A DNA stretch of 64,000 bases from an uncultured Fibrobacterota bacterium (GCA_963729895.1 CAVSQB010000032.1:11597-75596), one strand, 5' to 3'; shown: positions 28,852-40,300, numbered from the stretch's first letter. Notes: a model not told the origin generated them from the letters alone. A program made the numbers and translations.

Positions 28852-31800
28852 TCATTCTTGATCGGCCGAAAGTTCCTTGATACTTGTTGACAAAGTCGTA
28901 TGCAACAACGCGACTTCCTCTCCGCTCCGGCGCAGTTTCTCGCTGAAGACTTCCAGAAGGTTGTACGCAATTTCCGGCATATCCAGCAGAATCTTCTTGA
29001 GCGCGCTCCTCTGGATGACCCACAGGTCGCAGTCCTCGTGCGCGACTGCCGACGCGGACCTCGGCGCCTGGTTAAACAGTCCTATCTCGCCGTAGGTCTC
29101 TCCCTTGCGGACTATAGATAAAATAGTTTTTACACCGTTCTTTACCTTAACAATTTTTAGGCTGCCGCTTGCGACGACATACAGATGGTCGGAAAGCTCG
29201 CCTTCCCGGGAAATGAGCGTTCCTTTTTTGTAGCTCACCCGCTGCGTAATTTCGGCAAGCTCCATCAGTTTCTCCGCCGATACGGTGCCGAACAGCGGCG
29301 TTTTCTTGAGCGACATAACGCGTTCCAGGAGTTCAAAAGCCTCGATTTTCATGGAATCGGGATCCTTGTTAAGTGAGAGAAGCTGCACGCTGGCCCTCGC
29401 GGCGTACGAGCGCGTGTCGTCACGCAGTTTTTCGAGCGTCTCTCTCTCCTGTGAGAGAAGAACCCTCGTTCCGGCCGTCTTCCAGAGCGAATAGAGGGCG
29501 CACAGGCAAATCCAGCGGTTGGAGGACGAAACAAAATACCTGATGCCCCCCTCCGCCACGCCATCGTCAAAGGAGAAAAAGTCCCTGCCTGTTCTTGCCA
29601 GGATGTTCCAGGAATCCCGGCGCAGTATGGGGGTTATGAGCATGGTGATATGGTGCGGTCCGAAGTTGTCGAGAAGTTCTATAAGGTTGAACCGCTGCGT
29701 GTATTCCTTCACATCCAAATCGCGTCTCCCCGCCACCATCACGCCCCGTGGATCGAGCAGGGCCGCAACGTCCAGCGACCACTCGCACACCCTCGCGAGA
29801 TGGTCGCGCAGGGCGTTTTCAAGCACAAACGACCACGCCTCGCCGGTACGTTTCCCGCCTTCCTGTTCGAGGCGCCACCAGACCGCGCAATCCCTGTACA
29901 CATCCTCCAATTCCCGTATCACCCACGACGACAGGATCGCAGCCGTGCGGGAGTCGAGGGGGTGCCCCTTGAGCCCTTCGGCGCTCGATTCTACAATCAA
30001 GCGAAGGGCGTGAATGAGTTCCACCATCATGCGTTTGCTTGGACCGGTCCGCAGGCATTCTGTGATCGCGTCGATCACCGCCGTGCCCCGCTTCCGGAGC
30101 ACCTTCCCGGCAACGGCGATATGCCTGCGCGTGAGGCCGTCAACGATTCTCATGGTATCGAACTGGGTCTGCCTCGAAGCCGACGAGAAGATAATCTCCA
30201 CACTTTTCGAAAACACCTGCAGCGACGAGGACTGGAGATTCGCAAGCAGGGTTTTTTCCCACCCTTCGGGCCGCAGCGTTCCCACAAGAAAGAGCCCTCC
30301 CGAACGCCTGTTTGAACTCTTTACAGAGAGGAGGTTTGAAAGGAAGGCCAGCACGCTTTGGCGGTCGCCGGCGTCGCCGGTGTTCCAGAGAAAAATGGCC
30401 GCCTCAATCTGCACTCGCGGATTGCTTTCCAAGAACAGGCTTTTGACAATAGGATAAAACCGCCTTTTCCACTCGCTGCCGATTGCATTGATTGAAAACA
30501 GGGCGTTTGCGCGAATTCTCGGGTTGCCGTCTTTGAGCATCGCCTCAAACAGGGGAGCCGCACCGGCGCCGAAAAAGGGAGCCAGGGAGCGGGCTATTGT
30601 TTCCCGAACCGTCTGGTTCGTGTCCGCCTCATAGATTGCGGCCATGATCTTGAAGGCCTGCCTCGATGCGTCGTGCGAGAGGATCCTCACCGCCAGACAT
30701 CGGACATCGCTTTTATCCGACGAGGAGTACTCCTTGACCAATGCTAATATATCTTGGTCCCGGCGGCTGCCGATCTCGGCGATGATCTCTTCCGGCTCGT
30801 AGCGGACTGTGGGCCGCGGGATGAGCGCTTCGGTGTAGGTTGTGCGAATTCGCACCACAACGTACACCATAGCGGCGGCCGCTCCCATAATTACAAACAG
30901 GATCACAAGGGCCCTGCTTTCCGTTATTATGAGAAAAAGGCCGGTAAGCATGATCGCCGAGGGTTTCACGATGCCGTCGAGGAACGTCTTGGCTCTGCCC
31001 CGCTTCTCCCTTGGAATCACCGCAAAAAACATCTGGTAAATCGGAGAAAATGCGTTTTCAAACACCACATACCGGAGAAACTGAAACGCGACAAATCCGG
31101 CAAACGACGTCTTCGGACCCGCACCGGCCGCAATCATGAGGATCGTGACGAAGGAACCCGCCAGGAGCGTCACGGGAAGCAGGGAGAAAATCCTCGTGAA
31201 GCCCCACCGTGATATCAGGCCGGGCATCACAAAGCGCAGCCCGCCGATGATGACCAGCGAGTACACCAGGTAGAAACTGAACTGAAACGACGCCAGCGCG
31301 TTTGACGAATGAAACCAGGATGCGCTCTTCTTCCAGAAAAGATAATCCTGGAGAAATATGGCCACGAACACGAGGAAGTAGAGCAGTGCAATCAGCCGGA
31401 TGAGCTTGCTTGACAGCACCGCGGCCATCCCTGCCATCATGCCTTTGCCTCCTGCCTGCTCCGGCTCGATATTCTCCTTTCTTGCGAATTTGAGCCAGTA
31501 TTCCTCCATGATCCTGCGGGAGATCAGGAAGGCCACCAGATATGCCACGGCCCATAATCCGATTATCATCTGCGCGTCGACGACCTCAAGCAGGAGCCGG
31601 GCGCCGCACGCCCCGCTCAGGCCGCCAAGAAATCCCCACGAGGCGATTTTGGGAAACCCCTTTTTTGCCTCGTCGGTCGTGTAGATGTCGTTCGCCAGGG
31701 TCCAGAAGGAAAGAAACAGCGTTGTTTTCGACAAATAGGACAATGGATAAATGAGGAGGATCCAGAACGAAAGGACCGCAATATTCTCCCTGCCCACAAC

Positions 31801-32121
31801 CAGGAACAGCCCGAGATAACAAAAAAGGATGCACGATACCGCAAGAAGCTGCGTGGAAAACAGCTTGCCGCGGTTGATCCGGTCGATGTTGCTGAAGAAC
31901 AGCGGCGGCAGAAGAAAGAGCAGTGCACCGTTGACAAAAAATAGTTTTCCCAGGACCGCCGACCCGGACACGGTAACGGCCATCGAGAGACTCACCGTCT
32001 CGCCGACGATCGCGCCGCCGAACAGGAAAAGCAGAAGAAAAGAAAGAAGCCTGAACCGTAGATCGCGTTGTGCCATATCAGGAAAATAAAAAAGCGGATG
32101 ATACCAGTGGGTTACTATCAT
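28852..32121 (-). CDS. NTT/TLC-like MFS transporter fused to HEAT repeats and a cNMP-binding domain
   Basis: FWTLANDIY..EAKK, RGRAKTFLD; HEAT PRIRANA; GEIGL..PRSASA. Confidence 0.88.
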   Translation of the reverse strand: MIVTHWYHPLFYFPDMAQRDLRFRLLSFLLLFLFGGAIVGETVSLSMAVTVSGSAVLGKLFFVNGALLFLLPPLFFSNIDRINRGKLFSTQLLAVSCILFCYLGLFLVVGRENIAVLSFWILLIYPLSYLSKTTLFLSFWTLANDIYTTDEAKKGFPKIASWGFLGGLSGACGARLLLEVVDAQMIIGLWAVAYLVAFLISRRIMEEYWLKFARKENIEPEQAGGKGMMAGMAAVLSSKLIRLIALLYFLVFVAIFLQDYLFWKKSASWFHSSNALASFQFSFYLVYSLVIIGGLRFVMPGLISRWGFTRIFSLLPVTLLAGSFVTILMIAAGAGPKTSFAGFVAFQFLRYVVFENAFSPIYQMFFAVIPREKRGRAKTFLDGIVKPSAIMLTGLFLIITESRALVILFVIMGAAAAMVYVVVRIRTTYTEALIPRPTVRYEPEEIIAEIGSRRDQDILALVKEYSSSDKSDVRCLAVRILSHDASRQAFKIMAAIYEADTNQTVRETIARSLAPFFGAGAAPLFEAMLKDGNPRIRANALFSINAIGSEWKRRFYPIVKSLFLESNPRVQIEAAIFLWNTGDAGDRQSVLAFLSNLLSVKSSNRRSGGLFLVGTLRPEGWEKTLLANLQSSSLQVFSKSVEIIFSSASRQTQFDTMRIVDGLTRRHIAVAGKVLRKRGTAVIDAITECLRTGPSKRMMVELIHALRLIVESSAEGLKGHPLDSRTAAILSSWVIRELEDVYRDCAVWWRLEQEGGKRTGEAWSFVLENALRDHLARVCEWSLDVAALLDPRGVMVAGRRDLDVKEYTQRFNLIELLDNFGPHHITMLITPILRRDSWNILARTGRDFFSFDDGVAEGGIRYFVSSSNRWICLCALYSLWKTAGTRVLLSQERETLEKLRDDTRSYAARASVQLLSLNKDPDSMKIEAFELLERVMSLKKTPLFGTVSAEKLMELAEITQRVSYKKGTLISREGELSDHLYVVASGSLKIVKVKNGVKTILSIVRKGETYGEIGLFNQAPRSASAVAHEDCDLWVIQRSALKKILLDMPEIAYNLLEVFSEKLRRSGEEVALLHTTLSTSIKELSADQE

Positions 32122-32163
32122 CCGCCTTTTTGAAGAGGTGCGCCGTTGACGCAGCCGCCGGCC

Positions 32164-33480
32164 CTAGAAACTGTACGTAAGCGTGATTCTGTTCATGAGG
32201 CTGTACTGCGGCCCGCTGAAAAGGTTGGTCCAGGTGTAAAAAATGTTTTTCGCAAGCACGCCGTCGATGCGGAACCGGTTCTCGATGTTGACGCCCACGC
32301 CGACGGAAGCGAAATCCTCATCCGATCCCGCCGCCTCGGGATTCTGTTCCCAACGCCCGTTGGACCCATCGCCGTCCGACACATAGAGCAGCTTCTTGGA
32401 GACGCCGATCCGGAGCACAAGCCAGTCCCACACCACGTTTCTCTCGATGCCGGCGCTCAGGCGTCCGCCTATGCCGGTTGTGGTAATGGAATCCTGCGGC
32501 GCATTGGAGTTGAACGTCGAACTGAAGTGGGAAAAGTCCTGCTGCTCCACAAGGCCTTCGAGGCCCGTCCAGAAGAATCCCTTGTCGATGTTGATGTTGA
32601 CGCCGATTCCCAGGGAATAGTTCTGGGCCGCGTAGCCGTTGAGGTTGATGAACTCCGCCGACAGATGGGGAACAAAATCACCGTTGAGGGCGGTGAGGGC
32701 GGAGAAAAGCCTCAGGTCGGCCTTGAACGACAGATTATTGTTCGCAATATATTCGGTCTTCTGCTGCCATGTCGTATCGACCCGCTGGGGCACGCCGAGG
32801 GCGTTGGTGACGGTATCGAGCCCTTGCACCACTCTCCCGTATTCGGTTGTGGACGTGAGTCCAAAGGAGGCCTCCAGGTTCATTGATTTTGCGATGGGCC
32901 AGTTTATCCCGATATCTCCTTTATAAAGGTCCGATTCGTAATTGAAATTAGGAACACTCATCTTCTGGAAAGCCAGGTAGGTGCCGACGCCGATCATGGC
33001 GCCGTTCGACATGGCATATCCCAGCATCACGTCGATTTTACCGACAGGAGCCACGACGTTGCGGATGGCCTGGTTGCCGTAGGCGGTGGTGAAAGCGGCG
33101 CTGCCCGGGTCGAAATAATCGAGGTAATCGTCCCAACGGTTGAGGACAACACCGACGGAAAGAAGCGGGTACTGGTTGCCCGACTCGGATGACTGGTTGA
33201 GGGAATACGACAGAATGGTTCCGCCGTACGGCCTCTGCGGCTGCTCGTTGCTGCGCTGGAGCGCCGAGTACTGGCCCGTGTCGTTCTTGCCGGGCTCGTA
33301 TATTCCGAGCGAACCCAGCAGCATGTTCGGATAGTAATTGATATTCGCCGGATTCCTGAAGATGCTCACATCATCCATGAAGAAGTTGTCGTTCCCGCCC
33401 ATACTGAGCACTCTCGCATCCGTCGCATAAGCGCCGAACAAACATCCCGCAAGGAGCACCACGCACGCAATTTTCTTCAT
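32164..33480 (-). CDS. Outer-membrane beta-barrel protein
   Basis: GGAGG RBS; signal peptide; IFRNPANI; C-terminal LTYSF barrel signature. Confidence 0.85.
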   Translation of the reverse strand: MKKIACVVLLAGCLFGAYATDARVLSMGGNDNFFMDDVSIFRNPANINYYPNMLLGSLGIYEPGKNDTGQYSALQRSNEQPQRPYGGTILSYSLNQSSESGNQYPLLSVGVVLNRWDDYLDYFDPGSAAFTTAYGNQAIRNVVAPVGKIDVMLGYAMSNGAMIGVGTYLAFQKMSVPNFNYESDLYKGDIGINWPIAKSMNLEASFGLTSTTEYGRVVQGLDTVTNALGVPQRVDTTWQQKTEYIANNNLSFKADLRLFSALTALNGDFVPHLSAEFINLNGYAAQNYSLGIGVNINIDKGFFWTGLEGLVEQQDFSHFSSTFNSNAPQDSITTTGIGGRLSAGIERNVVWDWLVLRIGVSKKLLYVSDGDGSNGRWEQNPEAAGSDEDFASVGVGVNIENRFRIDGVLAKNIFYTWTNLFSGPQYSLMNRITLTYSF

Positions 33481-33770
33481 GTTATATCCTCCCTGGAAAG
33501 GAAAAAAGGCCACGGCTTTATTATATTCTTCCAGATAATCGGTGTCAATCATCTTGTGCACCGAACCCGAACTGCATATGCTCCCCCGGCAGCAGGCCGT
33601 TCGCAACTGAGTGCGTCGACTGCGACGAGAAAGGCGCGCGAATGCAAGGAGCGGGACCATTGTGTCGACAGCCAACCGTTCGTGCTTTCGGGGGATGGCG
33701 CCGGGCAGGGCGCGCGGCACGAACGGTTGGCGTTGCCTGCCGGCCGATCGATCGGGATCGGCACCGTGTT

Positions 33771-35075
33771 CTATTGCGAGAACACGAACGGGTACACGAC
33801 TTCCGTTACGTCGCCGGGCTTATCGATCTTCTCGAACACCCAGCGCTTGATTTTGTCAACTACTTCCTGTTCGAGCTGCGGATCGCTCATCGTGGACTCG
33901 AGCACCTCGCAAAAGATGACCTTGCCGAATTCGTCGATTGCGAATTTACAGGTGATCTTTCCCTTGAGGCCCGGTTTTTCCCGCAGCCGTTTATTGTAGG
34001 CATACCGCAAGGCGGCGATGTTCTGCATCACCACGCGCATGATGCTCATCCTGCTTCTGCCGCCCGTCAATGCGCCGCCCTTTACGAACTTGGGTTCCGA
34101 CACCGTGAGATTCCCGCGCTTCTTGAGCGAAAGGCTGCTTTCGCCCTCGCCGCCGAGAAGCCCGCCGATGAGGTCGTCCACGCCCGAGAAACCGCTTCCG
34201 CCGCCGAATCCGCTTCCGTAGCCGGCGCCGAACCCGATCCCCGCAGCGCCCTTCCTGCCCACGCCGCCGGAGCCGCCTGCTTTGAGACCGCCTATTCCCT
34301 GCAGAATTCCGTCGATCCCGGACGCAAAGCCGCCTTTGCCGAAGATGTCTGCGCTTGCAACGGCCTTGCCGGTGATCTTACCGGAAATGATACCGAGAAC
34401 GCCCTTCTGGGTAACGCGTGCGCGAGGGTCGCCGCCGCCGCCGAATTTTCCTCCTGCGCCCTTCTTGTCCGATTCCTTCTTAAGGGTCTTCTTGTCGGTC
34501 TTGAGTTCCTCTTCCTTCTTTAATTTTTCTTCTTCCTCTTTCTTCTTCTTCTGGTCTTCCAGAGTCGCATCCACGTCGCCCTTTACAAACTTGGCGACCC
34601 GCTCCTCGGGAATTTTTTCGAAGAAGTCGGTGGCGACCTGCACCACCTTGACGGTGCTCATCCAGAAGCCCGTACAAAGCCCGAGAATCATGGCCACAAC
34701 GACCAGGTTCCTCAGCTTGGCGTCCTTCTCGATGTGAAAGATATCGCTTCGTTTGTTGAGGACCTGCGTGTACTCGGCATCGGAAAGCGAGCGGCCGTCG
34801 GCATAGATTCCTTCCTCATCATCCTCGGCGGCAGCAGCAGCCGCAGGGGCTTTTTCCAGAGGAACAAGCTCTATCTCGGCCCCGATGGCCTCAAACTGCT
34901 GCTTAAGCCGCATGGCCTCATTTTCGTCGGCTTCTTTTCGGATGCATACCGGTTTCTGCGTGATAACGCTCCGTACTACATCCGCTGTCGTACCGGACCA
35001 ACGAGCAATCTCATCCGCAATTCTGTCGGCACGTCCGGAATCCGTGCATTTCTTTATTAGTACTTTGTACTTCAC
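33771..35075 (-). CDS. TonB-family energy transducer (AgmX/PglI, GltG-like) with N-terminal L7/L12-CTD-like domain
   Basis: TM helix, Lys/Glu and Gly-rich linker, YNKRLREKPGLKGKI...VVYPFVF. Confidence 0.88.
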   Translation of the reverse strand: MKYKVLIKKCTDSGRADRIADEIARWSGTTADVVRSVITQKPVCIRKEADENEAMRLKQQFEAIGAEIELVPLEKAPAAAAAAEDDEEGIYADGRSLSDAEYTQVLNKRSDIFHIEKDAKLRNLVVVAMILGLCTGFWMSTVKVVQVATDFFEKIPEERVAKFVKGDVDATLEDQKKKKEEEEKLKKEEELKTDKKTLKKESDKKGAGGKFGGGGDPRARVTQKGVLGIISGKITGKAVASADIFGKGGFASGIDGILQGIGGLKAGGSGGVGRKGAAGIGFGAGYGSGFGGGSGFSGVDDLIGGLLGGEGESSLSLKKRGNLTVSEPKFVKGGALTGGRSRMSIMRVVMQNIAALRYAYNKRLREKPGLKGKITCKFAIDEFGKVIFCEVLESTMSDPQLEQEVVDKIKRWVFEKIDKPGDVTEVVYPFVFSQ

Positions 35076-35077
35076 AG

Positions 35078-35584
35078 CTATTGTTCCCTTTCCATAACTG
35101 CGAAATTCATATTATTGTAACCCACTTTGCCGCACGTATTCATGATTTTGAACAGGACATCGAATTCGACATTCTTGTCCATTTGAATAATCACATTCCC
35201 CTGAATCTTGTTGAGCGCGCCCAATTTCACCATTTGCTGTTCCTGGGCATAGGACGCATTCAGCTTTTCCTCAAGCTTTGCAACAATGGGATCAGGATTC
35301 TCCTGTGGAATCCTTCTCACATCATCGGTTGGCACCGTGGGTATGTTGTCGACAAGCACCATGTCGGTGGTGGCCGCAACCTGCAGGAAAATTTCTTTGG
35401 GTTTGGTAATGGCGACCGAATTGGGAAGAACAAGATTGTCCGCGTTGGTGAGAATACTGCCCTCGGCGGAATAGCTTTTCATCAGGTAAATCACGACGAT
35501 TGAGAAAAAGTCAATCAAGGAAGTAATAATCAAGCCGGTTGACTTTGGCGTGGTGTACTTATTCCTTCCCCGTTGGATAGCCAT
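35078..35584 (-). CDS. ExbD/TolR-family protein (AglS-like)
   Basis: ITSLIDFF TM with Asp25; IQMDK..F..L.KIM..CG..GY. Confidence 0.9.
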   Translation of the reverse strand: MAIQRGRNKYTTPKSTGLIITSLIDFFSIVVIYLMKSYSAEGSILTNADNLVLPNSVAITKPKEIFLQVAATTDMVLVDNIPTVPTDDVRRIPQENPDPIVAKLEEKLNASYAQEQQMVKLGALNKIQGNVIIQMDKNVEFDVLFKIMNTCGKVGYNNMNFAVMEREQ

Positions 35585-35585
35585 A

Positions 35586-36398
35586 TTAGCTCCTTAGTTT
35601 TGAAATCGCAATATTTGGAAATTCGGCGGCCCTCGCGACATCCATGAGCTGGACGATTTTGTCGTAGGCAACCTCATTGTCCGCAGCAAGAATGATGTCG
35701 TTTGCATCGGAGACATCGGCATAGCGCTGCTTGATTTTCATGAGCCTGTTCTTCATTTCGTCATAGGCGGACAATGGGCGCAGCCCAAACTGCCCCGGGT
35801 CCGTCACGATCACCTGGCGCCGCGGATTGGTGAGGATGAACGCGGTATCCCCCGCCTTTGCCTCCTTGAGCGGATTGCCTGCGCCGTCCGTCAGCATTTC
35901 GCCGCTCTTGGTATACAGGCAATTGATGATTTTCCGGTTCTCGTCGACCACATACAATAGTATTTCCTGCCGTTCGTTGATAAGGAACGGCTTGCCCGAT
36001 TTCGGGTTCTTGAACTGTTTCTTGGGGTTCGACGGGTCGAATTCGACCGTCATCTCGACGCTCCGGTCTTCACGGGAAACGTATTTGTGGAACTCCCTGT
36101 AGAAAAGACTGGGGAGAAATCCGCCTTTTGCGCCGAGGGTAACCACCGAGTCGGTGACGATCATGGTGAGAAGAAGCTTGTCGGCATCTTCATTGGGGGG
36201 AGCCACCGTCTGCTTGATTGACGGGCTGGACCCGCGTCCTTCGGGGAGCTTCAAATTGATAATGGAGATCTTTGCAAATTCCGCGGACAGCATGAGCACG
36301 GGGATGAGCACCACCAGGAAATTGATGAACGGCTTCAAATCTATGTTCAGATCGTGGCCGCCGCCTTCCTCGACCATTTTGGAGGGTCTTTTTGCCAT
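35586..36398 (-). CDS. ExbD/TolR-family protein with long periplasmic insertion
   Basis: IDLKPFINFLVVLIP TM; ILAAD..VAYDKIVQLMDVAR. Confidence 0.88.
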   Translation of the reverse strand: MAKRPSKMVEEGGGHDLNIDLKPFINFLVVLIPVLMLSAEFAKISIINLKLPEGRGSSPSIKQTVAPPNEDADKLLLTMIVTDSVVTLGAKGGFLPSLFYREFHKYVSREDRSVEMTVEFDPSNPKKQFKNPKSGKPFLINERQEILLYVVDENRKIINCLYTKSGEMLTDGAGNPLKEAKAGDTAFILTNPRRQVIVTDPGQFGLRPLSAYDEMKNRLMKIKQRYADVSDANDIILAADNEVAYDKIVQLMDVARAAEFPNIAISKLRS

Positions 36399-36574
36399 TG
36401 TTCTTTTCCTGTTTTAAGTGTTACAAAACCGACCTGACCCATTTGCCGCGACGTTCCGGAATTCCGCATAAGGTTGGAAGAAGTTCCATTGTCCGGCAAA
36501 CTTCCCCGCTCTTATAATAACGTTTAATCTGAAAGGAACGTTACGGACGGCGAACAGAAAAACCGCCAACGCCT

Positions 36575-37201
36575 CTATTCTTCGACCGCGTTGCTCAGCT
36601 TGGTGACCTTTTCGTCCATATCTTCAATAATCTTGTCCGCTTTGCCGCTCAGGATACCATGTCCGAGAATGCAGGGCACGGCAACAAGAAGTCCCATGAG
36701 CGTGGCCGACATCGTAATGGAAATACCGGACGCCAGCTGCTGCGCCCTCTGCGCCGCAGGAGCGTTCGCGATGGCGTCGAAACATTCCATCGTTCCATAA
36801 ATTGTCCCGGTGAGACCGGTGAGGGTCGCCAGGTTGGCAAGCGTGTTCAGCAAAAAGACGTTTCTCTTGATTTTCGGGCCTTCCGTGAGGAACACTTCGT
36901 CAACGGCTTTCCTGATGGCCTTGGGACCCTTCGTGCGGTTCTGCAGAACGGTGAGAACGCCCTTTGCAAGGGGGGACTTCATCGTTACCGCGTACTTGAT
37001 GGCGCGGTCGTAGTCACCGGCCTTCAGGTAGTTGGATATGCCTTTCATGAACGCGGCGCTTCCCATGTCGCACTTGATGAACAAGTACCAGAAACGCTCG
37101 ACGAACAGACCCAGGCCGGCAAAGAACAACAGAAGGATGATCCACATGATGAAGCTGGCCGCGGACTGAAAACCAAGCAAAAGGAAATTGAACATTTGCA
37201 T
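36575..37201 (-). CDS. MotA/TolQ/ExbB proton-channel protein
   Basis: ATLTGLTGTIYG, LASGISITM.AT.MGL.VAVP motifs. Confidence 0.95.
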   Translation of the reverse strand: MQMFNFLLLGFQSAASFIMWIILLLFFAGLGLFVERFWYLFIKCDMGSAAFMKGISNYLKAGDYDRAIKYAVTMKSPLAKGVLTVLQNRTKGPKAIRKAVDEVFLTEGPKIKRNVFLLNTLANLATLTGLTGTIYGTMECFDAIANAPAAQRAQQLASGISITMSATLMGLLVAVPCILGHGILSGKADKIIEDMDEKVTKLSNAVEE

Positions 37202-37323
37202 AGGTTAAACCCCTTCCATTAAAGTGATATAGGTAAAATAATGTTGGAATTGTGATAATCAAAGTTTATCTCAGAGAAGTATGCTCTTTTTTTACTCCTT
37301 TCTTTTGGCACTGCCATGGACAG

Positions 37324-40300
37324 CTACTTCTTGAGGTCTTGAATCTTCTCCTCTTCTTCGCCGATGGCCCTCTGCGCTTCGACCTCGATTCGCTTCAACT
37401 GCTTTATCTTGTCTTCCAGAGGAATGTCCATCTGGGTGATATTCTGGATGCGCTTCATGTTGCGCAAATAGGTGTCGTCATGAAATTGCGGTACAGGGGC
37501 CGGCGTCACCACAGGTGAGTTTACAGCCAGCACTTTCTGGGTTTCCGTTTTCTTCCCCGTCGCCGGCGCCTGCACAGCTTCGGCCGGCGGTGCCTTGGGC
37601 GTCCGGGGCGTAATGACTTTGGTGAGGGCCGGCGAAGACGGATTTATCTCCTGGATCCGTTCCTTGATTTTAGCGAGCCACGGGCTCTGGGCGATTCCCA
37701 TGTCCGCGGCGGCATTCACCGCCTCCTCGTACAGCGGCAGCGCCTTGTCCATTGCCTCAAGCGATTTCTCCTCCAGCAGCTCCTGGTACGCCTGTTTTTC
37801 TTCTTTGGAAAGGTCCCGGGGGATGGGCGAGGTCTTGAGAATAATGCCCACCTTTTCAAGCGCGTTCGCGCGCAGGAACAGCACCTTCATGAACATGTCC
37901 ATCGATTTGGAGACATATTCCCCGGCGATGTTCTGGTCGTAGGCCCACTCGATGTTCTTCTGGAAGTACTTGAGGCCGCTCACATAGTATTTATCAAGGC
38001 TGGAAAGGATCTTGATCTTTGCCGCCATCTTCTGGTCGGCAGACCCTTCGACGGACTGGTCTTCGATGGCGTCGGCGAAATCGATGAAACTCTGGCCGAT
38101 TTTATAGGTGGAGCGCAGGGTCCATTCCTCAACGCCGATCTCGATCGATTTCGCATAGGGGCCCGCCGCGTTCCTGAGAGCCTCTTCCTTGGCTTTCAGG
38201 TTGGCGGCCACCTGCTGTTTGCTTCCCTTGAGGCTGATGTCGGAAAACGCCTTGTACAGTATTTCACCCTGTTTGTAATACGACTTGGCGACCGCTTCAA
38301 CGTCCATGTCGGCCTTGCCCTTGAATTTCTCGTACACTTCGACGGCAAGCTGGTAGTCTTTCTGCGCTTCCTTGAAATCCCCGAGGTTGTAGTAGGCGTC
38401 TCCGGCCTTTACAAGAGCCTCAACCTGCTTGTACTTGTCGCCCTCGTATTTTTTGGCGAAATCGGTGAATACCGTGGCCATGTCGACGTTGCGGCCCATC
38501 TTCTCGTAGCACAGGCCGACGGAAAAGAACGCCTCCCCCGAATACTCCGACGAAGGAAAGTTTTGCGTGAGCACCGTGTACGCCCGGATCGCCTTGTCGT
38601 ACAATTTTCCCTTTTCGTAAATGAGCCCGGCATTGTACAGCGCCAGCGGGGTCTTCGCGTCCTTCGGGTAGCGCTCGTAGGCAAGCTCGTACATCTTTCC
38701 GGCATTGTCGAAGTCGTTCACTTTCGAATAGGCCTCGGCCGCATACGACAAACTGGGAATGGCGTAATCGGGCTTTGTGATGGTGAGTGCGGCGGTCTGG
38801 TACACGTTTGCCGCATTCGCCCATTTTTCTATCTTCTTGTAGTCTTCCGCCGCCTGAATGAACGCATTCTCCCGCAACTCGGAGGAAGGGAACTTTGCGG
38901 CAAGGTCCTGGAATGTCGAAGCGGCGAGTTCGAAGTTGTTGGTGGCTTCGTAGCATCGTGCCGCTTCGAGCCATCCGCGGGCCGCGACCTTGCTCTTGGG
39001 ATAATCGGCCGCAATGGCCTTGAACGCGTCCGCGGCGCCCATGACATTGTTGGCCTTCTGCAACGACTCCGCCTTCTTGAACATGGCGCCGGCGGCAAGT
39101 TCGATAAGCTCCGCGTATTCCGGCGTGTTCTGCTGCGTCTTCTTCAGGAGGTCCTTGTACTTTGCCATGGCAAGATCGAATTCGCCCGTGCTCACGTAGC
39201 AGTTGGCTATCATGCGCATCGACTTGAGGGCGAATTTCGAATCCGGGTAGGTGTCGATGATGAACTTGTAATCTTTGCTCGCATTGTCGAACATCTTTGC
39301 CGAATAGTAAACGTCGGCGCCGATGAAGGTGATCTCGGCGGCATTCGCGCTCTTCACGAATTTCGCCTGGTACCGGTGTATGTAGTCGAGCAACAATTTG
39401 GTTTCAGGAAGGTTGAACGACTGCTCGTCGCTCACGCCCTCGCTGGCCATGGCCTTCTTTCGGGCGTTCATGACCGCAACAACCGCGTTGTATGCCGCGT
39501 CTTCCTGCGAAATTGAGATGGGGCCCGATTTCTCTTCCTTCTTCGACTTCTCAATCTCGGTCTGGTCCATCCCGAGCGTGTCGACATCTTCTTTGTAGGG
39601 ACCGAAACTCGCGAGGTCCGCCATGGCGACATAATCGAAGTTCTCGGCCGATTTGAGGTAATCCCCGAGGGAATTGTAGATTTCGGCCATGTAGTCCCTG
39701 AACTCATACGCGCGCCACTTGTCTTCAGGGAATTTCTGCAGGAACTCGTTGTACCGCTTGAGCGCCTTTTCGTACATCGACTTGTCTTTCGACTTCTGGG
39801 CAAGCCCGTGGTAATACAGCGGAATGGCGGCCAGCGCCCTGTGGACCTGATCTCTGGCCTGATCCATCACCGCCTTCTGCGATGCATTCTTGGACGCCCA
39901 TTCGCCGGAGGGACCGTAGAAATCCACGAGTTTCTCCCGCGCGGCGTTTGCCTTTTCGTAGTCCTTCTTGATGATGAAACATTCAACCAGCATCTGCTGG
40001 GCAATCGGCGCGTCCTTATAATAAGGAAACCTTTTGAGCGCGTATTGCAGCGCAACGATGGCGTCGTCGGTCTGGCCGTGCACTCTATTCTTCATCCCGA
40101 TGGTGTAAATCACGTAGTCTTCGTAGGGCCTGCCGCCCACTTTCTTGAAGAACTTCTCGGCTTCCTCGGAGCCTTTGGTCATGTCGGAAAAAGCCACTGC
40201 CATCATTTCGAGGGCTTCCCCCCGGAATTCCTGTTTGGGATATTCGCCGGCATCGCACTTCTGTATGTAATCCTGGAAATACTGAACGGCCTTGTCGAAT

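Noticed and set aside
32164..33720. 518-aa version of the OM barrel
   Set aside because: RBS and signal peptide place the start at 33480
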